63,887 nucleotides of DNA, filler included, from Chiloscyllium plagiosum (GCF_004010195.1; 3 parts of one record of this genome joined end to end with filler, not necessarily neighbours in it); one strand, 5' to 3'; positions 52,180-63,887 are shown, counted from the first letter of the whole stretch. The notes: generated by a model not told the origin, from the letters alone. Numbers and translations: made by a program.

Positions 52180-53080
52180 GCGAAAGACACTACCCTGAGG
52201 AACTCCTGTGGAGATGTCCTGGAGCTGAGATGACTGACCCTCCACAAACACAACCATCTTCCCTTTGTGCCAGGTATGACTCTAAACAGTGAAGATTCTG
52301 CCCCTGATAGCCATTGATTCCAGTTTTGTCCGGACTCCTTGATACCGCACTCGGTCGGATACAGCCTTGATGTCAGGGCTGTCCCTCTCCCCTCCCCTCT
52401 GGAATCCAGCTCTTTTGTCCGTGTTTGACCCAAGGCTGTAATGAGGTCAGGAGCTGAGTGACCCTGGGGGAACCCAAACTGGGTGTCACTGAGCAGGTTA
52501 TTGCTGAGCAGGTGTTGCTTGATAGCCCTGTTACTGACCCCTTCCATCACTTTACTGATGATCGAGAGTCGACTCATGAGGCAATATTGGCTGGGTTAGA
52601 TTTCTCCTGCTTTTTATGCACAGGACCTCCCTGGGCAATTTCCCACATTGTCGGGTAGATACCAGAGAAGTAACTGTACTGGAACAGCTTGGCTAGGGGA
52701 ACAGCAAGGTCTGGAGCACAGATCTTCAGTACTATTGCCAGAATGTTATCAGGGCCCATTGCCTTTGCAGGATTGAATGCATCCAACCGTTTCTTGATAG
52801 CATTTGGAGTGAATCGAATTGGCTGAAGACTGGTATCTGTGATGCTGGGGACGACTGGAGATGGATTGTCCACTCGGCACTTCTGACTGAAGATTGTTGT
52901 AACTGTTTCAGCTTGATCCGTGACACACTGATGTGCTGGGCTCTTCCCTCTTTGAGGATGTGATATTTGTGGAGCCTCCTACTCCTGTGAGGTGTTTAAT
53001 TGTCTGACACAATTCATAACTGGCTTTAGCAGGATTACAGAGCTTAGATCTGATCTGTTGTTTGGAGAATTGTTGAACTA
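52180..53080 (-). mobile_element. CR1-clade LINE RT fragment (second family)
   Basis: KAMGPDNI.AIVLK.CAPDLA.PLAKLFQ...SKVMEG...QFGF motifs. Confidence 0.85.
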
Positions 53081-53280
53081 TCTCTGTAGTTAGTTACTTA
53101 TACATGAGCAATCCTGTGACTAACACTGCCAGACACTGATGAATTCTGATGGGCATTTAGAGGTCCTGACAGAGTCACTGTTATCTCAGTCTTAACCTGA
53201 ATCTCATAAACAGAGTGTCTCATTGCAAGGAGCAGGCTCCCATATTTATCAAAATTGTTTCTGTTTGTTACTTTCCACAG

Positions 53281-53349
53281 CGATGTCACCAGAGACAACA
53301 GATACCATGACTACAAGAGAGTTTCAGACAAGTACTTCACCATATTCAG
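53281..53349 (+). CDS. Putative Thr/Ser-rich micro-exon ((A)MSPETTDTMTTREFQTSTSPYS)
   Basis: Polypyrimidine tract + ccacag acceptor, CAG|gtgagt donor, 69 bp, phase 1-1, open frame compatible with the ADAM exon upstream. Confidence 0.65.
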
Positions 53350-53724
53350 GTGAGTAATCTCCTCCACAAATCTCTCCAGTTTATCTCCAAGGCCAAACGG
53401 GGCGAATCAGGGATAACAAAGGTACAGTCACTGTGATGGGGTGGTAGTATAGGCTTCCCAATAACAAATGGGAGAGAGAGCAACAGATATATAAACACAT
53501 CATGGGAAGATGTTAAACCAGTCAGGTTGTGGTAGGGAGTGGTGTTAACCTCCCCAATATTGACTGGGACTCCCTTTGAGCCAGGTGCTTCGATAGGGCA
53601 GAGTTGTTTCAATGAATCCAGGAGGGTTTCTTGAAACAATATGGAGATAGTCCAACTGGGGAAGTTGAACTGGACACAAAACCAGAACAGAGTGATCATA
53701 ATACCGCAAGTGGTTTAGGAGCTA

Positions 53725-53915
53725 GAGATCAGGATAAGCACAGCAGGTCAGGCAGCATCTGAGGAGCAGGAAAATCGACAATTCGGGCAAAAGCCCTTCA
53801 TCAGGAATGCTCCTCAGATGCTGCCTGACCTGCTGTGCTTTTCCAGCACCACTCTAATCTAGACTCTGGTTTCCAGCATCTGCGGTCATTGTTTTTAGCT
53901 TGAGATCAGGATAAG
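53725..53915. mobile_element. Fold-back PLE insertion with 14-bp TSD
   Basis: gagatcaggataag at 53725-53738 and 53902-53915. Confidence 0.8.
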
Positions 53916-55266
53916 ACTGACCCTCAGGTGAAAGTATGAAATTGCAGGAAGGACAATCACAACACCATCAGGCCCAGATTGGAGAAATTAGATTGGGGTG
54001 TCTGACATGTGGCTGGGAAAAGAAAAGGAAGCATTTGGAAGGTTTCAGAAACACATGCCCAAGGCACTTGAAGAAGATAAAGGTATCAGAAACAAAGGAG
54101 GCAAAACTGGACCATGAAATGGCATGAAGTTATGAGGAGACTCCCAAAGCATTTTATACACTGATATGGAGCAAGAGGGCAGGTAGAGAAAAGATAAGTT
54201 CACTCAAGGACAAAGGTGGGGATTTCTGTTTGGAGCTGGGGGTAGTGAGTGAGGTCCTTTATGAGTACTTTGCATCAGTATCGGATATGGATAAAGGCAA
54301 GATTAAGGAGGGATATGTTGAAAGAAAAAAGGAAGCGATGTTGGATGTCTTAAAAAAAACATGAAGGTGGATAAGCACCCAGGGCCTCATGGGATCTGTT
54401 TCATCGGGAGGAAAGGGAAGAGTTTGCTGGGTCCTTGAGAGAGATCTTTGCATCCTCTTTATCCACAGGAGACTAGAGAATAGCCAATGTTGTTCCTTTG
54501 TTTAAGAAGGGAAACAGGGTAATCCAGGAATTTATAGACGAGTGAGCCCAACATCAGAGGCAGTGATATTATTTGAGAAGATTTTTAAGGGTAGTACAGA
54601 AGAGGCCTTTTGGCCTATCAATTCTGTAACCAATCAATTTTCAATGATCTACTCTACTCCCACTTTCCGCACTTGACCTGTTATATCTGGGTTCACTGAC
54701 AGAACACCAAGTAGACAGCAGATAACCTTGTCCATATCTCAACTCCACAGTCAGTGTTCGACTGTGTCCCCTCCATCCCACCTCTGGGTTACCTCACCTA
54801 CACAATTACACATATAATAAGGCCCTTAGCCTTCAGTATTATTATATTTTAGTTGCTCACCCGAATACATTTTAAAGTTTTGAGGTTTCTCGCCTCAACT
54901 ACCCTCCCAGGGAGTGCATTCCAAACTCCACCACCTTCTGGGAGTAAAAATCCTCCCTCAAATCTCCTCTCACCCTCCTGTCTTTAACTTTAAAATTGAG
55001 GCATCTTGTTCTTGGCCCTTCAACAAAGGGAATAGGTGTTTTCTATTCACTCTGTCCCTGCCCCTTATAATTGGACACATCTCTATCAAGTCTCCCCTCA
55101 ACATTCTCTTCTCCAAAGAAAACAATCCAACTTTATCCAGCCTCTGTGAGAAACTCTGATCTCCTGTGCGGTTCATGTTGAGCTCACAGTCTCATTCCCG
55201 AGACACCAATGCAGGAACAGTGTCCCTCATTCATTGAGATTGTTTCTGTTTGTTCCTTTCCAACAG

Positions 55267-55332
55267 TTGCCACAACACCCACTACTACAATTCCCACAAC
55301 AGAGGCTCCGACAACTACTGAAGAGACAACAG
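55267..55332 (+). CDS. Putative Thr/Pro-rich micro-exon ((V)ATTPTTTIPTTEAPTTTEETT)
   Basis: ttgtttctgtttgttcctttccaacag acceptor (nearly the same as that of the 53281 exon), CAG|gttcgt donor, 66 bp, phase 1-1, mucin-like composition. Confidence 0.65.
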
Positions 55333-58300
55333 GTTCGTAATCTTCTCCAACAAACCTCTCAAATGTCATACACATTCAATGAATATGTTCACTCGACCTG
55401 GCTAATTTGGCTACACTTGGGGCTGACACTTGCCTCATATCCCAGGATTCCATTGGGCCTCAGAGACGGTAAGAAGCATTGTCTCCTCCTTCCTTGGAGT
55501 AGCCGGTGTTGGACTGGGGTGTTCAAATTTAAAACTCACAACACCAGGTTATAATCCAACAGGTTTAATTGGCAGCACTAGCTTTCAGATCGCTGCTCCT
55601 TCATCAGGCACTTGTGGAAGTTAAGACCATGATCCCAGAATTTATAGCCAAAGGAGTCCAGTGTCATGGAGATGTGATATAAAAAACATTCTTGGATTAA
55701 AACTTTCACCAGCATGTGCTGGTTTATGTTCTTTGATATGTAAATCCCAGAACTTCATTTAAATTCCGTTCTCAAGATAGCTCAGGTGTTTAACCACTCG
55801 GTGTGAAGTATATGGCCTTCAATAAGGCGTTTGATAAGGTTCCACATGGTTGGCTATTGCACAAATTAAGGTGTTTCGGGATTGAAGTTGATTTCGCGGT
55901 TTGGGTCAGAAATTGTCTCGCTGAAAGATGACAATGTGGTGGTTGATGGGAAATGTTTATCCTGGAGTTCAGTTACTAGTGAGGGACCGCAAGGATCTGT
56001 TTTGGGGCAACTGCTGTTTGTGATTTTTATAAATGACCTGGATGTGGGTGTAGAAGGGTGGGTTAGTAAATATACGGACGACACAAAGGTAGGCAGAGTT
56101 GTGGATAGTGCAGAAGGATGTTGTGGGTTACAGAGTGACGTAGATAAGATGCAGAGCTGGGCTGAGAAGTGGCAAACAGTTAAATGCGGAGAAGTGTGAG
56201 GTAGTTCACTTCAGAAGAAATAACAGGAATGCAGAGTACTGGGTTAATGGTAAAATTCTTGGCAGTGTAAATGAACAGAGAGATCTCAGTGTCCAGGTGC
56301 ATAAATCCCTGAAAGTTGCCACCCAGGTTGATATGGTTGTTATGAAGGCATATGGTGTGTTGCCATTTATTGGTAGAGGGATTGAGTTTCGGAGCCATGA
56401 GGTCATGCTGCAGCTGTACAAGACACTGTGCCACGCCTGGAGTATTGCGTACTGGTCTCCCCATTTTAGGATCTGGAACTTTTGGAAGGGGTTCAGAAGA
56501 GATTGACTAGAATATTGCCTGGTTTGGAAGGAAGGTCTTACGAGGAAAGGCTGAGGGAACTGAGGCTGTTTTTGTTGGAGAGAAGAAAGATGAGAGGTGA
56601 CTTAATTGAGATGTGTAAGATAATCAGAGGGTTAGATAGGGTAGACAGTGAGAGCCTTTTTCCTCAGATGGTGATGGCTAACATGAGGGGCATAGCTTTA
56701 ATTTGAGTTTGAATTTGAATTTATTCTCACATGTATTGAGGCACAGTGAAAAGCTTTGTCTTGTGAGCAATACATGCAGATCACAGAGTTAAGTAGCATG
56801 TTTTGTCCCAATCTGAGATTTGACTGACTATGGTGGTATCATCAGCGAACTTATAAATGGCGTTTGTCTGGTATTTGGCAATGCAGTCATGGATATACAG
56901 TGAGTACAGTGGGAGGCTGAGTATGCACCCCAAACTGAGGGGTGATAGATTTAGGGCAGATATCAGACATTGTTTCTTTACTCAGAGAGTAGTCGGGGTG
57001 TGGAATGGCCTGCCTGCAACAGTAGCAGGCTCGCCAACATTAAGGGTATTTAAATGGGTATTGAATATACATATGGATAATAATGGAACAGTGTAGGCTA
57101 GATGGCATCAGATTAATTTCACAGATCGGCGCAACATCGAGGGCTGAAGGGCCTGTACTGCACTATAACGTTCTATGTTCTAAATCTGTCTATGTCCCAA
57201 TTCTCTGTCAGAATGACAAACCCTCTATAGTTCGACAGAGTTTTACATGGATTCATGCTGATATGCTCAAAGCTGCTTTCAAGATCCCTCAAAGTTGCCA
57301 CTGAAGTTGATAGGGTTGAGAAGGCAGATGTGCTAAAAATCTTTAAGAACCTGAGGATAGACTGGACATGCCCAAGGTTTCTACAGAAAACAAAGGAAGA
57401 GATTGCTGCACCTTCAGTGATGATCTTTGCATCTTCACTGTCCACTGGAGTAGTGCCAGATGACTGGGGAGTGGCAAATTGTTTTCCCCTGTTCAAGAGA
57501 GGGAATAGGGATTACCCTGGGGAATCAAAGACCAGTCTGTCGTATGTCGATGATGGGCAAATTATTAAAGAGATTTCTGACAGACAGGATTTATGATTAT
57601 TTGGCAAATCATAGTTTGATTAGAGATAGCATAGCTTTATGAGGGGCAGGCCATGCCTCACAAACCTTATTGAATTCTTTGAGGAAGTGACAAAACACAT
57701 TGAAAAAGGTAGAGTAGTTGATGTGCTGTACATGGGTTTAGCAAGGTGTTTGATAAGGTTCCCCACGGTAAGCTCACTCAGAAAGTAAGGAGGCATGGGA
57801 TACAAGGAAATCTGGCTGCAGAATTGGCTGGCCCACGGAAGACAGAGGGTGCTGGTAGATGGAAAGTATTCAGCCTGGAGCTCGGTGACCAGTGGTGTTC
57901 GGCAGGGAGTGGTTCTGGAACCTCTGCTCTTTGTGATTTTTATAAATGATTTGGATGAGGAGGTGGAAGGGTGGGTTCGTAAGTTTGCCAATGACACGAA
58001 GGTTGGTGGAGTGGTGTATAGTATGGAGGGCTGTTGTAGGTTGCAAAAGGACATTGCCAGGATACAGAACTGGGCTGGGAAGGGTCAGATGGAGTTCAAC
58101 CTGGAAAAGTGTGAAGTGATTCATTTTGGAAGGTTGAATTTGAAAGCAGACTACAGGGTTAAAGGCAGGATTCTTGGCAGCATGGAGGAACAAAGGGATC
58201 TTCGGTCCATGTCCATTGATCCCTCAAAGTTGCCACGCAAGTTGATAGGATTGTTAAGAAGGTGTATGGTGTGTTGGCTTTCATTAGTAGGTGGATTGAG

Positions 58301-59866
58301 TTTAAAAGCTGCGAGGCTTTGCTGCAGCTCTATAGAGCCCTGGTTAGACCACACTTGGAATATTGTGTTCAGTTCTAGTTGCCTCATTATTGAAAGATGT
58401 GGAAGCTTTAGAGAGGGTGCAGAGGTGATTTCCCAGGATGCTGCCTGGACTGGAGGGCATGTCTTATGAAGAAAGATTGGGGGAGCTAGGGCTTTTTTCA
58501 TTGGAGTGAAGAAGAATGAAGGTGACTTGACAGAGGTGGACACAATGATGAGAGACAAAGATAGTGTGGATGGCCAGAGACTTTTTCCCAGAGTGGACAT
58601 GTCTATCACAAGGGGATATAATTTTAAAGTGATTGGAGGAAGGTTTAGGGGAGATGTCAGAGGTAGGTTCTTTACAAAGAGAATGTGCTGCCCGCGGTGG
58701 TAATAGAGTCAGTTATATTCCGGACATTTAAGCGACTCTTGGATAGGCACAGGGATGATAATAAAATGTAAGGTATGGATGTGAGCTTACAAAGTAGCAA
58801 AACCAGCGGGAAACTAGACAGTTTTGTGAAAGGTAGGTTGTGCCTCACAAACCCTATTGAGTTCTTTGAGAAGGTGACCAAACAGGTAGATGAGAGTAAA
58901 CCGGTTGATGTGGTGTATATGGATTTCAGTAAGGCATTCGATAAGATTCCCTACAGTAGGTTATTGTACAAAATACGGTGGAATGGGATTGTGGGAGACA
59001 TAGCAGTTTGGATCAGTAATTGGCTTGCTGAAAGAAGACAGAGGGTGGTGGTTGGTGGGAAATGTTCATCCTGGAGTCCAGTTACTAGTGGTGTACACAA
59101 GGGTCGGTGTTGGGTCCACTGCTGTTCGTCATTTTTATAAACGACCTGGATGAGGGCGTAGAAGGGTGGGTTAGTAAATTTGCAGACGATGCTAAGGTTG
59201 GTGGAGTTGTGGATAGTGACGAAGGATGTTGGAGGTTACAGAGAGACATAGATAAGCTGCTGAGCTGGGCTGAGAGATGGCAAATGGAGTTTAATGTGGA
59301 CAAGTGAGAGGTGATTCACTTTGGTCGGAGTAACCGGAATGCAAAGTACTGGGCTAATGGTAGGATTCTTGGTAGTGTAGATGAGCAGAGAGATCCTTGA
59401 AAGTTGCCACCCAGGTTGACAGGGTTGTTAAGAAGGCATACAGTGTTTTAACTTTTATTAGTAGAGGGATCGAGTTCCGGAACTATGAGGTTATGCTGCA
59501 GCTGTACAAGGCTCTGGAACGGCCGCACTTGGAGTATTGTGTACAGTTCTGGTCACTGCATTATAAGAAGGATGTGGAAGCTTTGGAAAGGGTGCATCCT
59601 TTGGAAAGGATGTTGCCTGGTATGGGGGGAGGGTCTTACGAGGAAAGGCTGAGGGACTTGAGGCTGTTTTCGTTAGAGAGAAGAAGGTTGAGAGGTGACT
59701 TAATAGAGACATACAAGATAATCAGAGGGTTAGATAGGGTGGACAGGGAGAGCCTTTTTCCAGGTATGGGAACAGTGAGCACGAGGGGAATAGCTTTAAA
59801 TTGAGGGGTGATAGATATAAGACACATGTCAGAGGTAGTTTCTTTACTCAGAGTAGTAAGGGTATG

Positions 59867-59904
59867 GAATCCTGAAGAAGGGCTTATGCCCGAAACGTCG
59901 ATTC
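59867..59904 (+). ncRNA. Minimal hammerhead ribozyme motif 1
   Basis: GAATC-CTGAAGA-A-GGGC(TTAT)GCCC-GAAAC-GTC-GATTC with a perfect 5-bp stem I. Confidence 0.75.
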
Positions 59905-60198
59905 TCCTGTTCCTTGGATGCTGCCTGACCTGCTGCGCTTTTCCAGCAACACATTTCCATCTCTGATCTCCAGCATCTGCAGTCCCCACTTTCTCCTCGA
60001 AGATTTTAACCTACTACGAATCCTCTTACAAGGATGCCTTCCTTGAAGAAGCTCTCTTCCTCCCTCTACAAGGATTTCAGTGAGTCCCTCTCTCACTGCA
60101 ACCCCCAGGTCATCTCCTCTGCACAGAAGCTCTTCACCCACGTTCTAAAACAGACTCGCTACCACAGCCACATCTCCTTCCTCAGCACCTGCCCACAA

Positions 60199-60238
60199 AG
60201 ATTCCTGAAGAAGGGCTTATGCCCGAAACGTCGATTCT
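60199..60238 (+). ncRNA. Minimal hammerhead ribozyme motif 2
   Basis: AGATTC-CTGAAGA-A-GGGC(TTAT)GCCC-GAAAC-GTC-GATTCT; stem I has one U-U mismatch. Confidence 0.7.
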
Positions 60239-61697
60239 CCTGTTCCTTGGATGCTGCCTGACCTGCTGCGCTTTTCCAGCAACACATTTTCAGCTCTGAT
60301 CTCCAGCATCTGCAGTCCTCACTTTCTCCAAAGTAATGACAGTGTTTGATTCTGACCCTGAAACAAAACTCGGTCCTATGGAATGCTTTGCCTGCAACAG
60401 TAGTAGATTCACCAACTTTAAGTACATTTAAGTCGTCATTGGACAAGCATATGGATGTACATTGAATAGTGTAGGTGGAATGGGCTTCAGATTGGTATGA
60501 CAGGTCGGCGCAACATCGAGGGCCGAAGGGCCTGTACTGCGTTGTAATGTTCTATGTTCTATTGGGAAAGGTTTAAAGGTCAATGGAAATCCACAAAAAG
60601 CTATAAAGAAAAGTAGGATAGATGATCAGAGGTAACAAGCTGAGAATGTACAGACAGAATATAGCAAACGTTTCCTCCAAATATCTAAACTAAAAAAGAA
60701 GGGCTGAGATAAGCATTGGTCCTTTTGAGGATGTGAAGGGGGATTTAATAATAAGCAAAGAGAAAATAGCCGAGGCATTGGTTTGTGTCGGTCTCACAGT
60801 GGAGGACACAAACAGAATGCCAGCAATTGCCAAGGAAACTAAGGTAGGTCATGAAAGAGGTAGTGTTGGGCAAGCTAATGGAGCTAAAAGGTAGACAAGT
60901 CTCCTGGCCCTAATGGAATGCGTCCCAGGCTACTAAAACAAATAACAAATGCACTCGTGGTAATTTTCCAAAATTCTCTGGGCTATGGGGCAGTTCCACC
61001 ATATTGGTAAACAGCAAGTCTCATGCCACTGTTTAAAATAGGACGTAGAGAACAGATGGGGATATATAGGCCAGTTAGCTGAACTTCGGGAGTGGGGAAT
61101 TTGCTTAGTCAACTATCAAGGAAGACGGCATCTGGATGGAGGCTGTCCTGTTGGGCAGACATACAGCATGAGTTCATAAAGGGCAGGTCATGCTAAACTC
61201 ATCTCCTGGAACTCTATGAAGACATTACGAGTGCAGTGAACAACAGTAGATATAGTGTATCTGGATTTCCAAAAGGCATTTGACAAGATGTTGCTCAAAG
61301 GCTGCTGTATAAGATAAAGGTGCACTGTATGAGCATGGATACAAGATTGGTTAACCAATGGGAAGCAAAGAGTGGCAATAAATGAGTGCTTTTCTGGTTG
61401 GTGATCAGTGATGAATCACATGCCTCAGGGGTCAATGTTGGGACCACAATTGTTTCCAACTGACATTGATGATTTCGAGTTGGGGACCATATGTAGTGTG
61501 ACAAAGTTTGCAGATGATACTGAGATGAACGGTAGACCAAAGTGTGCAGAGGGATAGAGGTAGTTTGAGTGAGTGGGCAAAAGTTTGTTAGATGGAGTAC
61601 AATGTTGGTAAATGTGAAGTCATCCATTTTGGAAGGAATAACAGGGAAAAGGACTATTGCCTGAATGGTAAAAAACTGCAGCAAGCTGCTATGCAGA

Positions 61698-62197
61698 NNN
61701 NNNNNNNNNNNNNNNNNNNNNNNNNNNNNNNNNNNNNNNNNNNNNNNNNNNNNNNNNNNNNNNNNNNNNNNNNNNNNNNNNNNNNNNNNNNNNNNNNNNN
61801 NNNNNNNNNNNNNNNNNNNNNNNNNNNNNNNNNNNNNNNNNNNNNNNNNNNNNNNNNNNNNNNNNNNNNNNNNNNNNNNNNNNNNNNNNNNNNNNNNNNN
61901 NNNNNNNNNNNNNNNNNNNNNNNNNNNNNNNNNNNNNNNNNNNNNNNNNNNNNNNNNNNNNNNNNNNNNNNNNNNNNNNNNNNNNNNNNNNNNNNNNNNN
62001 NNNNNNNNNNNNNNNNNNNNNNNNNNNNNNNNNNNNNNNNNNNNNNNNNNNNNNNNNNNNNNNNNNNNNNNNNNNNNNNNNNNNNNNNNNNNNNNNNNNN
62101 NNNNNNNNNNNNNNNNNNNNNNNNNNNNNNNNNNNNNNNNNNNNNNNNNNNNNNNNNNNNNNNNNNNNNNNNNNNNNNNNNNNNNNNNNNNNNNNNN
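61698..62197. other. 500-N scaffolding gap
   Basis: Exactly 500 N. Confidence 0.9.
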
Positions 62198-63400
62198 TGC
62201 TTAAATGTCCCCAATGACTCTGCTTCCACCACCACAGCTGGCAACGCATACCATGCATTCACAACTCTCTGCGTAAAGAACCTACCTCTGACGTCTCCTT
62301 TATACCTCCCTCCTAATATCTTCAAACTATGACTCTCGTACCAGTCAATCCTGCCCTGGGGAAAAGTCTCTGGCTATTGACTCTATCCATGCCTCTCATT
62401 ACCTTGAACACCTCGATCAAATTTCCTCTCTTCCTCGTTCTCTCCAGAGAGAAAAGTCCGAGGTTATTCAGCCTTTCTTCATAAGGCAAGCCCTCCAGTC
62501 CAGGCAGCATCCCGGTAAACCTTCTTTGCACCCTCTCCAAAGCCTCTGTATCTTTCCTATAGTAGGTAAAAACTGCTGTGCTCTTCCAGCACCACTAATC
62601 CAGAATCTTTTCTATAGTAGGGCGACCAGAACTGGACACAATTTAATTGGGGGAGGGGGAATTACAATGCTATTAGGCAGGAACTGGGACGCCAAAACAG
62701 GGAACAGATGTTCTCAGGAAAATGCACAACAGAAATGTGGAGGTTGTTAAGGGAGCATTTGCTGATAGAGCTGGATGGGTTTGTCCCACTGAGCCAAGGA
62801 AGGGATGGTAGGGTGAAGGAACCTTGGGTGACAAGGGATGTGGAACATCAAGTCAAGAGGAAGAAGGAAGCTTACTTAAGGTTGAGGAGGCAGCAATCAG
62901 ACAGGGCTCTAGAGGGTTACAAGGAAGGAACTGAAGAATGAATTTAGAAGAGCAAGAAGGGGATATGAGAAAGCTTTGGCGAGTAGGGTTAAGGAGAATC
63001 CAAATGCATTCCACACTTATGTGAGGAACATGAGGATGGCGAGAGTGAGGGTAGGGCAGATAAGGGATAGTGAAGGGAACTTGTGCCTGGAGTCGGAGGA
63101 GGTAGGGGAGCTCCATAATGAATATCTTGCTTTAGTATTCGCTACTGAGAGGGACCGTAATGTTTCTAAGGACAGCGTGAAACAGACTGATATGCTAAAA
63201 CAGGAGGTTGATGTTATGTTGAGGATGTGCTGGATATTTTGAAAAACATAAGGAAAGGTAGTCCCCCTGGTGCAGATGGGATGTAGCTAAGGTTTCAACA
63301 GAAGTGTGGGAAGAGATGGCTGCACCTTTGGTGATGACCTTCGCATCCCCACTGTCCACTGGAGTAGTACCATATGATTGGAGGGTGGCATACTGTTCTT
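62198..63400. mobile_element. CR1 fragments (minus 62198-62640, plus 62640-63400)
   Basis: VQRRFTGMLPGLEGLPYEERL on minus; KENPNAF..YV on plus; tiny PLE-tail insert at 62551-62621. Confidence 0.8.
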
Positions 63401-63846
63401 CATCCACAGAAGAATCTATATACTAAACAAACATTTCTTCCTAGCCATATCGGAAATTAAAGACAGTAAGTACCAAACACTTTCATGTACTTACCCCCAC
63501 ACCCTGGGTTCCTCAACTGTTCCAGAATCTTCCATTGGCCTCTGAAATCAGTCCGGCACCATTAACCACGCGGCCACTACAGTGCCCGCGGCAACAACCG
63601 CCGCTGTGGACCATGACGTCACTTCCGCCCCCACCGACCTCGCAGCCTCCGCGATCGCCGCCCAGACAACCGCCTCCACGATCGCCAGGAAGACCATCGC
63701 CGACAGATTCGCAGCCTTCGCGGCTATGGGGAATAACTCTGTTTCTGTCGTCGCCGCAGCCACTTCCGCCCCCATTGACATCACTAACCTGCATGACCAC
63801 AACGCTGCATGTGTCTCCGCCCCCACGCTGATCTCCGTCACCACAC

Positions 63847-63850
<4 letters not shown>
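63400..63850 (+). mobile_element. CpG-rich PLE ORF N-terminal/linker fragment
   Basis: Homologous to 39721-39932, then Ala/Thr-rich low-complexity coding; one in-frame stop. Confidence 0.55.

Positions 63851-63887
<37 letters not shown>

Larger units (their letters stand above)
59867..60330 (+). mobile_element. Tandem pLTR-ORF start-pLTR PLE unit with two HHR motifs
   Basis: Two direct pLTR copies flank MPSLKKLSSSLY...RYHSHISFLSTC (HxxFLxxC is typical of the PLE N-terminus); tatggaat duplicated at 59863-59870 and 60377-60384. Confidence 0.85.
55810..61697 (+). mobile_element. Four consecutive same-strand CR1 RT/3' fragments (about 55810-57180, 57250-58790, 58820-60561, 60600-61697)
   Basis: Each repeats FDKVPH / [17 protein letters not shown] / KFADD / WAE.WQMEFN motifs. 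Confidence 0.88.

Noticed and set aside
19956..62332. Long ORFs full of X
   Set aside because: They read through N gaps.
63513..63844. Gly-rich and Pro-rich ORFs as a host gene first exon
   Set aside because: No SCRIB N-terminal peptide; the upstream frame is homologous to the PLE fragment at 39721.
63851..63887. Poly-C run as a G-quadruplex or regulatory element
   Set aside because: Pure homopolymer at the window edge; likely a sequencing or assembly artefact.

Overview
Repeat-dense vertebrate genomic DNA, most likely from a cartilaginous fish (shark); this is inferred from the HE1/V-SINE-type SINEs, CR1 LINEs and Penelope-like families. Four coding exons of SCRIB (Scribble, N-terminal leucine-rich repeats) lie on the minus strand at 995-1051, 2649-2738, 5861-5939 and 10587-10704 and splice in frame. 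The first coding exon was not found in the window. On the plus strand there is an ADAM-family EGF-like exon (39068-39182) and two symmetric Thr/Ser-rich micro-exons (53281-53349, 55267-55332) that could encode a mucin-like stalk. All three lie in a block bounded by two 500-N scaffolding gaps, so their position relative to SCRIB is uncertain. The rest is mostly mobile DNA: many CR1 fragments, SINEs, a decayed Gmr1-like Gypsy LTR element, several minisatellites/satellites and at least three Penelope-like element (PLE) families whose termini carry minimal hammerhead ribozyme (HHR) motifs. The most notable signals are (i) about ten short fold-back PLE-terminus insertions with 13-16 bp target-site duplications, (ii) a retrozyme-like tandem double-HHR unit with cleavage sites 333 nt apart (59867-60330), and (iii) the putative ADAM with a mucin-like stalk. 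All identifications come from reading the sequence by eye; no database searches were run and repeat boundaries are approximate.
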